A DNA stretch of 57,373 nucleotides from an uncultured Atribacterota bacterium (GCA_964525625.1 CAZGKY010000001.1:1-57373), one strand, 5' to 3'; counted from the stretch's first letter, positions 1 to 9,575 are shown. The notes: generated by a model from the letters alone, not told the origin. Made by a program: numbers and translations.

Positions 1-113
1 AAATTTATAATTTCAGTTATTTATTGTTATAATAAATCAAAAAATATCTTCCTAATAAAATATTTAATACATCTAACACTATAATAATATTTTATTTTTT
101 AGAGGAATAAAAA

Positions 114-1613
114 ATGAGAAAGATAATATCAGCTGATATGCTTTACAATTATATCCAATGTCCTCATCGTCTCTATCTTGACCTATTTGAAGATCCAAGC
201 AAGAGAGATCCAGAAAGTGCTTTTATGAAATTGCTCTGGGAAAAAGGAATTGATTTTGAAAAAAAGGTAGTGGCTGAATTAAAAATACCTTTTATAGATT
301 TAAGTGCTTATTCAGGTCTAGAAAAAGAGATTAGAACCAGGAGGGCTATAAATCAAGGAGTACCATTAATTTATAGTGGTCGGATAAGTATCGATAATTT
401 AGTTGGTGAACCAGATCTCTTATTAAAACAAGAAGAAAAATATATTGCAGGAGATATTAAAAGTGGATCAGCATTAGAAGGAGAAAATAATGAATCAGAA
501 GGAAAACCAAAAATACATTATGCCCTACAACTATGCTTATATACTGATATTCTAGAAAAATTAAATTGTTCTTCCTTTAGAACTCCCTTTATTCATGATA
601 TTAAAGGAAGAAAGATTACTTATGATTTAGTTCAACCAAGGGGGAGACGTGATCAGACTACCTGGTGGGAGCTATATTTAAAAACTCTAACAGAAGTACA
701 ACAGGTCATACAGAAAAAGATTTCTACTTCTCCAGCTCACGGAGGAACCTGTAAACTATGTCATTGGAGAACATATTGTTTAAATTATCTCATTACTGTA
801 AAAGATTTAACACTAATACCAGAATTGGGTCGCCAGAAAAGAGATATTATGCGTCAACAAATAACAAGGTTTACTGATTTTGCCCAATTACCCTTTACGG
901 AATTGGTTATCGGCAAAAAGACAATTTTTCCTGGTATTGGTATAACAACCTTATACAAATATCATGCTCGTGCCAGATTATTAGCTCATATTGATAAACA
1001 GGCCTATACCAGAAAAAAAATAGTTTTACCACCAGCAGATACCGAATTATTTTTTGATATAGAAACTGATCCTATGCGTGATTTTTGTTATCTACACGGT
1101 TTTGTAGAAAGACATCATCAAGATTCAACAACAGAAAGATATGTACCTTTTTTTGCTGATCAAGCCGAGGAAAAACAAGAAGAGAGAATCTTTATCGATG
1201 CCTGGCATTATATTAAACAACATTTTCCTTGTAACGTTTATTACTATTCTCCTTATGAAAAGACTATCTGGAAAAGACTAAGTGAAAAATACCCCGAGAT
1301 AATAAAACCATCAGAATTAGAATCTTTTTTTAAGTCACCCTTGGTCATTGATCTATACAGTGATATTATTAAAAAATATACAGAATGGCCTACTTATAGT
1401 TACTCTATTAAAGATCTAGCACGATACCTCGGTTTCCGATGGCGAGAGGAAAATCCTGCGGGTGCTGAATCCATTGAATGGTATCACTGCTGGTTAGAAC
1501 AAACAAAGCCAGAAATTAAAAAACGCATCTTACAATATAATGAAGACGACTGTATTGCCATGAGGGTGTTATTAGAAGGTATTCTAAAGCTACCCTTAAA
1601 AAATATTCAATAA
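114..1613 (+). CDS. TM0106-family RecB-like nuclease (PD-(D/E)XK nuclease N-terminus, Cys cluster, RNase H-like exonuclease C-terminus)
   Basis: 499-aa ORF. GEPDLL...GDIKSG resembles the D...(D/E)xK nuclease motif. CKLCHWRTYC Cys cluster and C-terminal YNEDDC exonuclease-like motif. AGAGGAA RBS upstream of the ATG. Confidence 0.6.
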   Translation: MRKIISADMLYNYIQCPHRLYLDLFEDPSKRDPESAFMKLLWEKGIDFEKKVVAELKIPFIDLSAYSGLEKEIRTRRAINQGVPLIYSGRISIDNLVGEPDLLLKQEEKYIAGDIKSGSALEGENNESEGKPKIHYALQLCLYTDILEKLNCSSFRTPFIHDIKGRKITYDLVQPRGRRDQTTWWELYLKTLTEVQQVIQKKISTSPAHGGTCKLCHWRTYCLNYLITVKDLTLIPELGRQKRDIMRQQITRFTDFAQLPFTELVIGKKTIFPGIGITTLYKYHARARLLAHIDKQAYTRKKIVLPPADTELFFDIETDPMRDFCYLHGFVERHHQDSTTERYVPFFADQAEEKQEERIFIDAWHYIKQHFPCNVYYYSPYEKTIWKRLSEKYPEIIKPSELESFFKSPLVIDLYSDIIKKYTEWPTYSYSIKDLARYLGFRWREENPAGAESIEWYHCWLEQTKPEIKKRILQYNEDDCIAMRVLLEGILKLPLKNIQ

Positions 1614-1920
1614 TTCTTATTTATTTATTCTGATTATTTTTTCTTTAGTTTCTATTGAAATTTGTGAAAGAAAGAGTGTAATTTTAGCGTATTATAAGTG
1701 AATAAAGAACAATAAATAATTTTTGGATTTTTTGTTTTATTTTGAACAGCTCTTTACCTTAGTTTATGATCCTGATTATTTTTGGAGATTTGGTATATTA
1801 AAATATTAATATATTATATTTAAATAAACGATTCACAGAAATGAAATAGCATTTATTTATATCCTTGTAATTCTGGTAGTCACTTTGGAAAGTACTTTTT
1901 ACAGATAGAAGAAAGATTTT

Positions 1921-2511
1921 ATGGTAAAGATTTCTGATTGTGCGCAAAAAACAGATGCTCAGTTAGTTGCCCTGGCTTTAAAAAATCAGGAATATTACTA
2001 TTGTATTATGAAAAGATATGAATTAGCTTTAATGGGCTATATCTATAAGTTATCTGGAATGAATAAAATGGAAATTGAAGATGTCGTACAGGAAGTCTTT
2101 ATTCTGGCTTATCAAAATTTAAATGATTACAATACAAATTTTAAATTTTCCAGCTGGATTTATCGTATTGCTCATAATTACACTATTAGTGTGATGCGCA
2201 AAAATCCAAAATACTACCAAAATATCTCCTGGGATGAACATGACTTAGAACAGCTGATAGAATCAGATTTTAATCTGGAAGAAAATATGTTGCAAAAAAT
2301 AGATTACGAAAAATTACTTCATATTATTGATTCATTACCCTTAAAATATAAAGAGGTGCTCTTATTAAAATATTTAGAAGAAAAAGATTATCAAGAAATT
2401 AGTGATATCCTAAGAAAGCCTATCGGAACGATTGGCACCTTGATCAACCGAGCAAAGAAGATATTACGCAAAGAAATCGAAAAGTTCAAAGTAGGTATTA
2501 AATATGATTGA
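1921..2511 (+). CDS. ECF-type sigma-70 family RNA polymerase sigma factor
   Basis: 196 aa. Region-2-like QEVFILAYQNLNDY...FSSWIYRIAHN and region-4 HTH YQEISDILRKPIGTIGTLINRAKKILR. Confidence 0.85.
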   Translation: MVKISDCAQKTDAQLVALALKNQEYYYCIMKRYELALMGYIYKLSGMNKMEIEDVVQEVFILAYQNLNDYNTNFKFSSWIYRIAHNYTISVMRKNPKYYQNISWDEHDLEQLIESDFNLEENMLQKIDYEKLLHIIDSLPLKYKEVLLLKYLEEKDYQEISDILRKPIGTIGTLINRAKKILRKEIEKFKVGIKYD

Positions 2512-3241
2512 TATTAGTAAAGAAACTCTAGAAAAAATTAAAAAAGAAGGAGTACATCCTAAACCACGCTGGTATTTTTTAACTAAGAATTACTTTTTCT
2601 GGTTAATGTTTGCTTTAACTACAATTCTAGGTGGTATGGCATTTGGAATGATAATGTTTCTAGCGGGTGATCTGGATTGGGATATTTATCACTATCTTGG
2701 TATCAGCTTACCCAAAGCAATACTAATGAGTCTTCCTTACCTATGGATTATCTTATTGCTGCTTTTTCTGTTTATTACTTACTATAATTTCATCCATACC
2801 CGAACTGGTTATCGCTATCGCTTTGTAATGATATTTTTTATTGGCCTGTTCCTTAGCGGTTTAATGGGATTGGGCTTTTATCAATATGGCTGGACTGAAA
2901 CTGTAGATAAACAGCTACGAATGAGGATGCCAGGCTATCATCACTTAGTCTATAGCAGAGAGAGTCAATGGATGCATCCCGAAAAAGGTCTACTAAGTGG
3001 TATTATTGTAAAGATAAAGACAGAGGAAAAAATGATCTGGTTAGAAGATGAGTTGGGTAATCAGTGGAATATCGATATAAGCCAGGCTCGATTTAAGGGT
3101 GTTTCCTCTATAGAACAAAATATGCCTATCCGAATCATTGGTAAAAAATTATCTTCTAATTCCTTTCAGGCCATAGAAATTAGGGGAGATAAGGGTTTGA
3201 AACTGGGACCAGGAAGAAGAAAAATGATTAAATCTAATTAA
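2504..3241 (+). CDS. Multi-pass membrane protein, putative anti-sigma factor partner
   Basis: Overlaps the sigma gene stop by 8 nt, suggesting translational coupling. Several hydrophobic helices follow a short cytoplasmic N-terminus. No HxxxCxxC zinc anti-sigma motif was seen. Confidence 0.4.
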   Translation: MIDISKETLEKIKKEGVHPKPRWYFLTKNYFFWLMFALTTILGGMAFGMIMFLAGDLDWDIYHYLGISLPKAILMSLPYLWIILLLLFLFITYYNFIHTRTGYRYRFVMIFFIGLFLSGLMGLGFYQYGWTETVDKQLRMRMPGYHHLVYSRESQWMHPEKGLLSGIIVKIKTEEKMIWLEDELGNQWNIDISQARFKGVSSIEQNMPIRIIGKKLSSNSFQAIEIRGDKGLKLGPGRRKMIKSN

Positions 3242-3302
3242 ACCATATCATTAACTTTTTTTGTACTAATGACCATTATTCTTTATTATCTTCGGTCATT
3301 AA

Positions 3303-4025
3303 TCACTTTACTTGGTTTCGAGCTTTTTGCAAATTGGCATCCAGCTCATTAGTCTGAACAGAACTAGGCACAACTTTAGACTGACTAAAATCGATAACTA
3401 CCTTTTCTGCTCCTAAGTTTTTAGCTAAAGTTAAGAGGGTCTGTCGTGCTGAATTTTCAACTTCCGATTGTAATTTATTAACCACCCCTTCAGCCAGTTT
3501 AGCAGCCTGATTTTTTGCTTCTTCTTTTAAAAGATTTTTCTCTATTTCACTAAAACCGGAACCAAAGGCCCGGTTTAATAAATCAGGCAATAACCAGGGC
3601 AAAAATTTGGAATTCTGCTCATCATAAAAGCTTATATCACGAATATGCACCTGATAAAGACAAGGAGGCATTTTTAGAGTATATCTATGTTCACCTGATT
3701 GCTCAATCTTAAAATCAGGACTGCGTAGATCGTAACGAAAATCAATATCAAATTCAAAGATCATAGCCATCTTCTTGGTAGAAACTAACCATTGGAAGTA
3801 TCTCTTGCCAATATCACCAAACCAATGTTGAGAGGCAGTAACAATCTCCTTAGTGACCATCTTAAAGGCTACCAGTTCTCCTACCGAACGAAGTTGCTCT
3901 ATTGATGAATATATACGAACCTCCTTCCCCGAACCACGAGGGCGAAAGAATAACCACCACAAAGCTATAAAGAGAATAGATGATAAGACAAAACCAAGCA
4001 GAACAAAAATTATATTTTCCGACAT
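3303..4025 (-). CDS. DUF4230-like membrane-anchored protein
   Basis: 240 aa with an N-terminal TM helix. Pattern LRSVGELVAFKM...MIFEFDIDFRYDL...ARQTLLTLAKNLGAEKVVIDF matches my recollection of DUF4230. Confidence 0.5.
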   Translation of the reverse strand: MSENIIFVLLGFVLSSILFIALWWLFFRPRGSGKEVRIYSSIEQLRSVGELVAFKMVTKEIVTASQHWFGDIGKRYFQWLVSTKKMAMIFEFDIDFRYDLRSPDFKIEQSGEHRYTLKMPPCLYQVHIRDISFYDEQNSKFLPWLLPDLLNRAFGSGFSEIEKNLLKEEAKNQAAKLAEGVVNKLQSEVENSARQTLLTLAKNLGAEKVVIDFSQSKVVPSSVQTNELDANLQKARNQVK

Positions 4026-4221
4026 TAATTTTTTCCTCCTTGGTTGTTACTTATGCTTCTGAGTATAATTCCAAACTCATCTTACTAATTATTTTATGCT
4101 ATAATTTTTTGGCAGGTTTCATCTTATAAGCTAAGAAATAATTCTTCTAACTAAGTATACCATAAAAGTATAGTATAAGTTTAATTAATCATACATTTAC
4201 TAACCTTTCATTATTTTTATA

Positions 4222-5223
4222 TTATTTTACTAATAGCTCAGCAATTTGAACTGCATTTAGGGCAGCTCCTTTTCTGAGATTATCAGAAACGATCCATATT
4301 ACTAATCCTGGATGGAAGACCAGGTCTTTTCTTATACGCCCGACAAATACCTCATCTCTTCCTTCTGTCATTAAAGGAAATGGATAAAGAGATTTCTCAG
4401 GCTGATCAATTACCTTAAGCCCAGGGGAATTTGCTAATAATTTTCTGGCCTGCTCAGGAGTTATTTCTTTTTTTGTTTCTATATGCACATCTTCAGCATG
4501 AGATCGCAAAACAGGAACTCTTACTGTCGTTGCTGAAACATTAATATGATCATCATGAAGAATCTTTCTGGTTTCCTTAAGCATCTTTATCTCTTCTGAG
4601 GAGTAACCCTGTTCGTCAAAAGAACCAATATGAGGTAGTACATTAAAGGCAATTTGATAAGGATATACATTAATATTGATATATTTTTCTTCTAAAGTTG
4701 CTTCTGTTTGTTCTTTTAACTCCTCCAGTGCTTCTTTTCCTGTACCAGAAACTGACTGATAAGTAGAACAGATAACATTTTTGATACCTACCGCATCATA
4801 AATTGGTTTTAAAGCAACTACCATTTGAATAGTAGAGCAATTAGGATTAGCAATAATACCATGGTGTTTTTGAACATCATCCGGATTAACTTCTGGAACA
4901 ACCAGAGGAACTTCAGGGTTCATCCTGTAATATTTACCATTATCTATGACCACTGCTCCAGCTTGAACGGCAAGAGGAGCAAAATATTTACTAACTTCAT
5001 CTCCTCCAGAAAAGAGAGCTATATCAATACTGGTAAATGCTCTATCTTTTAGTTCTTTAACTTTAATTTTTTCACTCTTAAAATGATATTCCTTTCCCTT
5101 TGAACGATGAGAAGCATATAGCAACAGGTTTTTTACCGGGAAATTCCTCTGTTCCAAAACTTTGATCATTTCTTCCCCTACTGCACCTGTAGCACCTACT
5201 ATTGCTATATTATAATATTTCAT
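4222..5223 (-). CDS. asd: Aspartate-semialdehyde dehydrogenase
   Basis: 333 aa. N-terminal IAIVGATGAVG Rossmann motif and active-site NPNCSTIQ. Lies immediately downstream of thrB-lysC. Confidence 0.92.
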   Translation of the reverse strand: MKYYNIAIVGATGAVGEEMIKVLEQRNFPVKNLLLYASHRSKGKEYHFKSEKIKVKELKDRAFTSIDIALFSGGDEVSKYFAPLAVQAGAVVIDNGKYYRMNPEVPLVVPEVNPDDVQKHHGIIANPNCSTIQMVVALKPIYDAVGIKNVICSTYQSVSGTGKEALEELKEQTEATLEEKYININVYPYQIAFNVLPHIGSFDEQGYSSEEIKMLKETRKILHDDHINVSATTVRVPVLRSHAEDVHIETKKEITPEQARKLLANSPGLKVIDQPEKSLYPFPLMTEGRDEVFVGRIRKDLVFHPGLVIWIVSDNLRKGAALNAVQIAELLVK

Positions 5224-5225
5224 TT

Positions 5226-7370
5226 TTATTCTTCCTCCTCTAATTGAAATTCCTGATGTACGGCTCTAACAGCCGTCTCTATATGTTTTCTATGAATCAG
5301 ACAGGATATCCTTGTACCAGAGGTGCTAATCATATCAATATTGATATTATTGCGAGCTAAGGCTTCAAACATGCGTGCGGCAATTTGAGGATCTGAAGTA
5401 ATACCTGCTCCTATTATAGATATCTTAGCAACTTCATTATCAGAAAGTACTTTAGGAGCACCAATATCTATAGCCACTTTCCTGGTTATGCTAAGTGCTT
5501 TTTCTAAATTATCCTGGGCTACGGTAAAAGCAATATCATTGACCTTATTATGTTCTGCGCTTTGAATAATCATGTCAACAATAATCTCCTCTTTAGCTAA
5601 TGCTCTAAACAATTGGGCAGCAATTCCGGGTATATCGGGAACACTTTTGATAATAATTTTACCTACCTTATCCTCGTGAGTAACTGCTCTTACATGAACT
5701 TTTTCTAACATAGGTATCTCCTCCCCTGTTTTAATAATAGTACCTTCGCCATCATGAAAACTTGATTTTACTAATATCTTAACATCATGATTTCGAGCAA
5801 TATCAATTGCTCTATAATATAATACTTTGGCACCTAAGATAGCCATTTCTGACATTTCATCATGTGAAATTTCTTTTATTTTTCTGGCTTCCGGTACTAA
5901 GCGGGGATCAGCAGTAAAAACCCCATCTACATCAGTATAAATTTCACAACGTTCCGCCTTCATTCTGGCAGCCAGAGCAATGGCAGTAGTATCAGAACCA
6001 CCTCTTCCTAAAGTAGTAATGTTCCCTTCATCGTCTATACCCTGAAATCCTGCCACAATTACAATCTTACCTTTCTTTAAAGCATTTTTAATTCGCTGTT
6101 CATTTATGCTATTAATTCTAGCTTTTGTATAAGCACTATTAGTTCTAATTCCAGCCTGAGCACCAGTAAAAGAAATTGCCTCTTTGCCCAGGGCTTGAAT
6201 GGCCATGGTCACCAGAGCAATAGATATTTGCTCTCCAGTGGACAAGAGCATATCCATTTCTCTCTCACTGGGATTTGCTAAAATTTGGCGAGATTTCTTA
6301 ATTAACTCATCTGTCGTCTTACCCATTGCCGAAACTACCACAATCATGCGATTACCTAATCTTGCTTGTTCTACAATTCTTTGTGCCACCATTTTGATCT
6401 TTGGGATATCGGCAAGAGAACTTCCCCCATATTTCTGCACAATAATGGGATAATCCATTCCCCCCTTAACTACTCTTGCCCCATCTAAATCAGGATCCAG
6501 CACTCTCACCTGTCCTTCTATATCCGCTTCTGAAAATGTTTTTTTCATGATTTTAATAATCTCTTTTTCCAACCCCTCTTTTACCAAGGAAATAACTGTA
6601 GGCCCTGAGCCACTCAATGCTACCCCAGCAATACCACTTTTTTGCACCTCGGTAAAAATATTCTTAGCTCCTTTGATAAAAGGGAGGCGAAAGGGTTGAT
6701 GGAGACGGTCCTGCATGGCCTCCGGAATAAGTTCCCATTTCGATTGTTGTAAGGCATTTACCAGTAAGGCAGATTTACTTAGATTATCTACGGCATCCTG
6801 AAGAGAAACCTGTTTGGGTAATACCTTACGCATCTCTTCGGTGCTCAGGGTAAAAGAAGGAATGCCAACTACCGCCCTCAGGTCAGGAGGAACCTCTAAT
6901 TTTACCCATCTAATCTCACCCTTCTGGTCTCTATAAGAAATAGTAAATCCACCAATAAGTGCCGGAACAATATTATCCAGATGCCCTTCTAAGGTAAAAG
7001 CCATCTGTAATATCTCTTCCCTGCTCAAATTTAACTCATAAAGCTGGTTAGCCCCCATGATTCCCCCAATAATAGCAGCAGCACTGCTTCCCAGCCCTCT
7101 AGCTAGGGGTATCTCGTTTTTAATGGTAATTTTTAAACCCCTCTTATTTGAACTTATCTTAGCCTTATCCATAACCAGGCAAGCTGCTCTATAAATTAAG
7201 TTACTGTTATCAGAAGAAAGGGTTTCCACTCCTTCTCCTTCGGCCTGGAAAATAAATCCTTCTTCAATGTGCTCCATTTCTACCTCCAGGTATAAAGACA
7301 AAGCCATTCCTAAGCAATCAAATCCTGAACCCAGGTTGGCTGTAGTCGCTGGTATTCTCACTTTAATCAT
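5226..7370 (-). CDS. Fused homoserine kinase / aspartate kinase (ThrB-LysC in one reading frame)
   Basis: The N-terminal ~305 aa look like GHMP homoserine kinase (PATTANLGSGFDCLG, PLARGLGSSAAA, ends DGARVV). The rest is aspartokinase (IVQKYGGSS...) with two ACT-like repeats. Start moved to ATG 7370 behind AAGGAG; the track ORF starts at 7394. Confidence 0.85.
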   Translation of the reverse strand: MIKVRIPATTANLGSGFDCLGMALSLYLEVEMEHIEEGFIFQAEGEGVETLSSDNSNLIYRAACLVMDKAKISSNKRGLKITIKNEIPLARGLGSSAAAIIGGIMGANQLYELNLSREEILQMAFTLEGHLDNIVPALIGGFTISYRDQKGEIRWVKLEVPPDLRAVVGIPSFTLSTEEMRKVLPKQVSLQDAVDNLSKSALLVNALQQSKWELIPEAMQDRLHQPFRLPFIKGAKNIFTEVQKSGIAGVALSGSGPTVISLVKEGLEKEIIKIMKKTFSEADIEGQVRVLDPDLDGARVVKGGMDYPIIVQKYGGSSLADIPKIKMVAQRIVEQARLGNRMIVVVSAMGKTTDELIKKSRQILANPSEREMDMLLSTGEQISIALVTMAIQALGKEAISFTGAQAGIRTNSAYTKARINSINEQRIKNALKKGKIVIVAGFQGIDDEGNITTLGRGGSDTTAIALAARMKAERCEIYTDVDGVFTADPRLVPEARKIKEISHDEMSEMAILGAKVLYYRAIDIARNHDVKILVKSSFHDGEGTIIKTGEEIPMLEKVHVRAVTHEDKVGKIIIKSVPDIPGIAAQLFRALAKEEIIVDMIIQSAEHNKVNDIAFTVAQDNLEKALSITRKVAIDIGAPKVLSDNEVAKISIIGAGITSDPQIAARMFEALARNNINIDMISTSGTRISCLIHRKHIETAVRAVHQEFQLEEEE

Positions 7371-7447
7371 TATTTTTTCTCCTTTAGGTAGCATCTATGG
7401 GAATTAGTATAATCTATCTTAAAAAAATCAAATTTAGAATACAAGAT

Positions 7448-7486
7448 ATTCAGGGGAAGATTCCCCTGAAACCCCTGAATTAAAAA
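7448..7486. repeat. REP-like hairpin repeat, copy R1
   Basis: attcaggggaaGAttcccctgaaACCCCTGAAttaaaaac: a hairpin followed by a second copy of its 3' arm. Lies in the hom/thrB spacer. Confidence 0.6.
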
Positions 7487-7619
7487 CAAACAATAATATT
7501 ATATTATTAATTTCTTTATTATCTAGTATTTATATTTATTGTAATAAATTTTCTTTAATACAAAACAATCCTAGTCATTCTAATGCAAAATAATATAGCT
7601 AATACTGAATTATTTTGCC

Positions 7620-8933
7620 TTAGAATGACTTATTTTTTGCATTTCTATAAACTTCTAGATAATTTATGGTTCTGATGTAGCTTAATTCTTTTATTTCTGA
7701 GCAGATTCTTTTAAATCTACTTTCCTCTGCTAAATCAGTTATGATACCCATGGTTAAGCTATTATCTCCATCTTCATTTCTTATTTCCGCAGTTTTTTTA
7801 ATGAAAAGACTATTCTTTGAGAAAATATTTCGAATATTTTCTTTATTTTTTTCTCCATTTTCTAATTTTACTTTTAAAAAATACTGATTTTCTAACTGAT
7901 CAAACCTCTGAATCTTGAGTTCCTCAGAATCTTTTAACAAAAAACCATATTCAAAATAGTGAGGTTGCCTGATAATTCTTATGACATCACTGATAATCAT
8001 ACTAGCCCCGGCAATCCCTCCGGCACCAGCTCCAGAAAAAAATAGATTCCCATAGCCATAGCCTGATAAAAATATACCGTTATCAGCTCCATGTATATGA
8101 GCCAGTAGCTGGCCATCTTCAATTAGAACTGGACTAATACAGATGTCTACTTTACTTTCTTTCCGCCGGGCAGTTGCCAGCAATTTAATCCGATAAGCAA
8201 GTTGCTTTACTAATTGAACATCCTCCAGCGTAATTTCATTAATACCAGAATAACTGATCTGGTTTAGATTTAATCGCGCTCTAAAGCCCAGGGAAGCTAA
8301 AATAAAAATTTTATAAAGTGTATCCAGCCCCATAATATCCTTGCTAGGATCAGCTTCTGCATAACCTTTTTCTTGGGCTTTAATCAGGGCTTCCTGCTGA
8401 CTCATATTATCTTCCCACATTAAATCCAGGATATAATTGGTAGTACCATTCAATATCCCGCTAATTTCCCCCAGTGGACCAGAAGTTAACATATTTAAAA
8501 TTACACCTAGAATAGGAATGGCGCTGCCTACCGAAGTCTCAAATAAGAATTGGACCTTATTCTGGTGAGCTATAGCAAGTAATTCATAGCCATGTTTTGC
8601 AACCACCTCTTTATTGGGTGTAACTACATGTTTCCCACTCTGTAAGGCTTTTTTAATCAACTCATAAGCAGGATACTCGCCACCAATTGCCTCTACCACA
8701 ATCTGTATATCCGAATGGTCAATAACCTCCTGGGCGGAAGTAGTAAAGAAAGGATTATCTCTATTTGGCTCAGGTTTTCTCCCAGCATCCAAATCGGATA
8801 TACCTATAACCTTTATTTTGTGAGGAGATATTTCTTGCTCAATAAAAGCTCGGTGCTGATCTAAGATTTGCAGGACTCCTCCCCCCACATGTCCTAAGCC
8901 CAAAATCCCAATACCAATTTCCTTCTTCTCCAT
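7620..8933 (-). CDS. hom: Homoserine dehydrogenase
   Basis: IGIGILGLGHVGGG NAD-binding motif, a central homoserine dehydrogenase core and a C-terminal ACT-like region. ATG 8933 follows GAGGTG; the track ORF starts at GTG 8942. Confidence 0.9.
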   Translation of the reverse strand: MEKKEIGIGILGLGHVGGGVLQILDQHRAFIEQEISPHKIKVIGISDLDAGRKPEPNRDNPFFTTSAQEVIDHSDIQIVVEAIGGEYPAYELIKKALQSGKHVVTPNKEVVAKHGYELLAIAHQNKVQFLFETSVGSAIPILGVILNMLTSGPLGEISGILNGTTNYILDLMWEDNMSQQEALIKAQEKGYAEADPSKDIMGLDTLYKIFILASLGFRARLNLNQISYSGINEITLEDVQLVKQLAYRIKLLATARRKESKVDICISPVLIEDGQLLAHIHGADNGIFLSGYGYGNLFFSGAGAGGIAGASMIISDVIRIIRQPHYFEYGFLLKDSEELKIQRFDQLENQYFLKVKLENGEKNKENIRNIFSKNSLFIKKTAEIRNEDGDNSLTMGIITDLAEESRFKRICSEIKELSYIRTINYLEVYRNAKNKSF

Positions 8934-8993
8934 CACTAACACCTCATTCTCATTATTAACACTAAATTTCTATTACATTACCTTGCTTTCCAA

Positions 8994-9040
8994 GATATTC
9001 AAGGGGAATCCTTCCCCTTGACAACCCCTAAAATTAAAAT
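8994..9040. repeat. REP-like hairpin repeat, copy R2
   Basis: gatattcaaggggaaTCCttccccttgaCAACCCCTAAAattaaaat, in the hom 5' UTR. Confidence 0.6.
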
Positions 9041-9130
9041 GTTTTGATACTAATATTTTTATTAATCTTTTTGATACTTTGATATATTGTCTTTAATATT
9101 TTAAGAATATCGAAATTGCTTTGCAATTCC

Positions 9131-9176
9131 GATATTCAAGGGGAATCCTTCCCCTTGAGAACCCCTAAATCAAAAT
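9131..9176. repeat. REP-like hairpin repeat, copy R3
   Basis: gatattcaaggggaaTCCttccccttgaGAACCCCTAAAtcaaaat, nearly identical to R2 and 137 bp away from it. Confidence 0.6.
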
Positions 9177-9274
9177 CTATATTGATATTTAGTAATAGCA
9201 ATCTCTCTTATCTCTCGAAGGGAGAGGGTTAGAGTATATTATTCCTAATTTAAGAAAGATTATCTTTTGATAAT

Positions 9275-9313
9275 AAAAAAAGCCTTCCGTTCTATCTAAA
9301 GACGAAAGGCTTC
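9275..9313 (-). terminator. Intrinsic terminator of the T-box leader
   Basis: Minus strand GAAGCCUUUCGU-CUUUAGAUAGA-ACGGAAGGCUU followed by UUUUUU. Its 5' arm is shared with the antiterminator. Confidence 0.7.
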
Positions 9314-9468
9314 TCTTTTCGTGGTTCCACTTTACTTCTTAAACAATTGAAAATATTGTTTAAGCACTTCTTCTCTTTCTCTAAAATAACCTCGGGGTCG
9401 GTTTTCGGATATCCAAAAACGTTTTAGTCTACCCTACTCTTCCCTTCTTTGGTCTAGCTATATAAATT
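9275..9468 (-). promoter_or_regulatory. T-box riboswitch leader upstream of hom-thrB/lysC-asd
   Basis: The minus strand reads ...AGAGUA...; stem III CUUAAACAAU/AUUGUUUAAG; then AAAG-UGGAACC-ACGAAA-loop-UUUCGU-CUUU. This is the canonical A1 helix / 7-nt UGGNACC bulge / A2 helix antiterminator. It overlaps a terminator hairpin plus U7. Confidence 0.7.
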
Positions 9469-9475
9469 TTTTGTT

Positions 9476-9504
9476 ATTTTACCATTGAGATTTCAATTTG
9501 TCAA
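9476..9504 (-). promoter_or_regulatory. Sigma-70-type promoter for the T-box leader
   Basis: Minus strand TTGACA, a 17-nt spacer, then TAAAAT, about 8 nt upstream of the leader. Confidence 0.5.
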
Positions 9505-9575
9505 AAGAAAAAATAAATTTTTGTGAATATTTTATGATAATGTCACCTTATTAATTATCTTGATAAAATGTCACT

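Noticed and set aside
7448-9176. R1-R3 repeats as a possible CRISPR array.
   Set aside because: There are only three copies at irregular spacing (about 1.5 kb and 137 bp). Each is a hairpin plus tail rather than a repeat-spacer unit, and no cas genes are present.
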